A stretch of 62,869 nucleotides of DNA, the filler included, from Lenisia limosa (lineage: Eukaryota; Protista; Breviatea): the NCBI GenBank assembly GCA_001655205.1. It is 11 parts of 11 records of this genome, joined end to end, with 100 filler letters (N's around TTAATTAATTAA, not from the genome) between each part and the next. Parts side by side here need not be neighbours in the genome. Positions count along the whole stretch, not along the records: positions 52,609 to 62,869 come from LPNZ01007746.1; 10 more parts are not named here. One strand, written 5' to 3'. Within the stretch, counting starts at the first letter, position 1. The number at the start of each line of letters is the position of its first letter. The position numbers were made by a program, and so were the translations under genes. Under the pieces are notes generated by a model that was given only the letters and a program-made list of their open reading frames with translations, was not told the DNA's origin and made no database searches. Shown here piece by piece: positions 61,301 through 62,869 of the stretch.

Positions 61301-61856
61301 CCAGCTTATTGAAGCCTTCGATCATCGCTTTGATATTACTTGACAGCAGCCACAAGAAAGCCGGCTAACCTGACCGCAACCGAGGGCGTTGTGTCCAACT
61401 TCACTGTTACCCATGTCACTGGATCGTCATGGATTGAATTTCCAATTCCAACCGAACGTGAGAGAACGGAAGTGAATAGTAGCAACGGAAGACAATTAAA
61501 CTATTATCAAAGCTTAGGAAAGGGAAAAAGAGGGACGAAGCTTACTTATCTGAGGGAAGGCCGACAGCCTTGCCATGTGCCTTGATGGTTCTGAACAATT
61601 AAGCGTCAAAAAACGGAAATTAACATTGGAATTGGTCTGTAACAGCCTTCAGTGAGCAGTCAATCACACTTCAAGATCGAAGGCCTCACCTGAAAAGGCA
61701 GTTCTTCTTCAGCTCGTCGTAGCAAGGAGTATTAGCAACGTGAATAGCATTGTACTCATCAGGGGTATTCTCTCCTTGACCGTCGAGGACACAGAGGACA
61801 ACAGGCTTACCAGCCTTAATGGTGGGGTGCTTCTTCAAAGTCCATTCGCCAGCCAT
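58325..61856 (-). CDS. 2,3-bisphosphoglycerate-independent phosphoglycerate mutase
   Basis: [52 protein letters not shown] (phosphoserine motif), [79 protein letters not shown]. Confidence 0.96.
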
Positions 61857-62461
61857 TTTGTTGTACTACAATAACGGTTGTTGTTTTTTGAATAAGATTC
61901 TCAAATTCCCTGGACGCCGGCGGGTATATTCTCGGAAAATTAATCCCTTCCTTATTTCATGAGACCCGGGGCGCCCCGGGAAATCTCAAAACCCAATAAA
62001 AAAGTGGAGTATGGTAGAAGTTTTATCTGGGGATACATGGACTCTGGAGGTGACCGTTCTTCTTTCTTCGCTTCAGGATTTGAGGATTTGAGGTGTGAGG
62101 AGAGAGTGTTGAGAGTACCACAGGGAGTTAGATAGATAGATATTGGTGGTTAGATATTTTTGAAATTTCCCATTCCAGGCCGTCTCTAGTCTTTCAAAGA
62201 GACTGCCTTTGATTTGGTGGCTGTGGTAGGCGGTGGGTAGGCGGCAAGAGATTCAGGGGACAGAGGGCTATCAGAGATTTCAATCAAACCATACATAATA
62301 CCAAATACCCCCCACACAATACAACACACAACCCCAAGGTACCACGCCAAGACGACGGATTGTTTTNNNNNNNNNNNNNNNNNNNNNNNNNNNNNNNNNN
62401 NNNNNNNNNNNNNNNNNNNNNGAGGACACCTCAGTTACTTCCGTGTTAACCTGTCCAGACC

Positions 62462-62869
62462 ATGAGCGACAGTGCGGTTCTGGCACCTTCAATGAAGGAG
62501 CTGCTTTCCGCTGTTCCTCGAAAGTCGCCAGAAAAACAGCAGGTAATCTGTTGTTATGGCTTTGGTGAGACCAGATCTGCATTGTTCCACATTTCCAAAC
62601 ACTGCCATCACCAGTCTCAATTTCCTTCACGCCAATATTGATTTTTGCTTTCATTCAAAGTGGTTCTTCTTTTCTATCACTCTCTCGCTTGCACTACTTT
62701 TGCTCAGCATCAGTATGGTCTGGAATAGTCATGCTTGTTTTTTTGTGTTTGTGTTTTTTTCGCCAATATTATCATTAACAGCAGCTAGATGGACCCAGCC
62801 TCCCTCGTTATGGCGGCTGAAAAAGGCAATGTCAAGATAGTCCGAATGCTCCTTGATGCTGGGTGTGGC
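62462..62869 (+). CDS. Ankyrin-repeat protein, 5' part (runs off the window)
   Basis: MSDSAVLAP...PEKQQ|gtaatc; later exon MDPASLVMAAEKGNVKIVRMLLDAG. Confidence 0.7.

Noticed and set aside
6231-62654. Many listed ORFs containing X runs or poly-F/G/P
   Set aside because: These are translations through N gaps, homopolymers and family A/B/C repeats, not genes.
1-62869. Possible stop-codon reassignment
   Set aside because: The 1010-aa ORF and all recognisable conserved exons are free of in-frame TAA/TAG/TGA, and genes end in TAA, TAG or TGA.

Overview
Intron-rich genomic DNA from a flagellated eukaryote (it has DRC4/GAS8), standard genetic code. The window is not one contiguous locus. Ten N-TTAATTAATTAA-N spacers (stops in all six frames) join at least 11 separate assembly pieces, so gene adjacency across spacers means nothing. 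By manual splicing I can support ECD (ecdysoneless), CCDC97-like, a DnaJ protein, a Zn-ribbon/PQGY-rich protein, a C-type lectin, two ankyrin-repeat genes, a Ca-EGF repeat gene, a FERM-domain gene, GAS8/DRC4, an insulysin (M16) peptidase, phosducin-like PDCL3, cofactor-independent phosphoglycerate mutase and tRNA-Lys(UUU). Most striking observations: (1) a ~100-135 nt repeat without terminal inverted repeats, present in 11 introns of 7 unrelated gene fragments, always in host-sense orientation and at or near the 3' splice site, with a retained hairpin (introner-like acceptor cassette); (2) an intronless >1010-aa Zisupton/KDZ-type DDE transposase with a C-terminal RING finger, abutting a (CTT)n tract; (3) two unusually long introns that appear to host nested antisense coding sequences, one also holding a tRNA; (4) two abundant TA-flanked MITE families and a 167-bp near-perfect hairpin. 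Exon models were derived by eye, several exons fall in N gaps, and no database searches were run.
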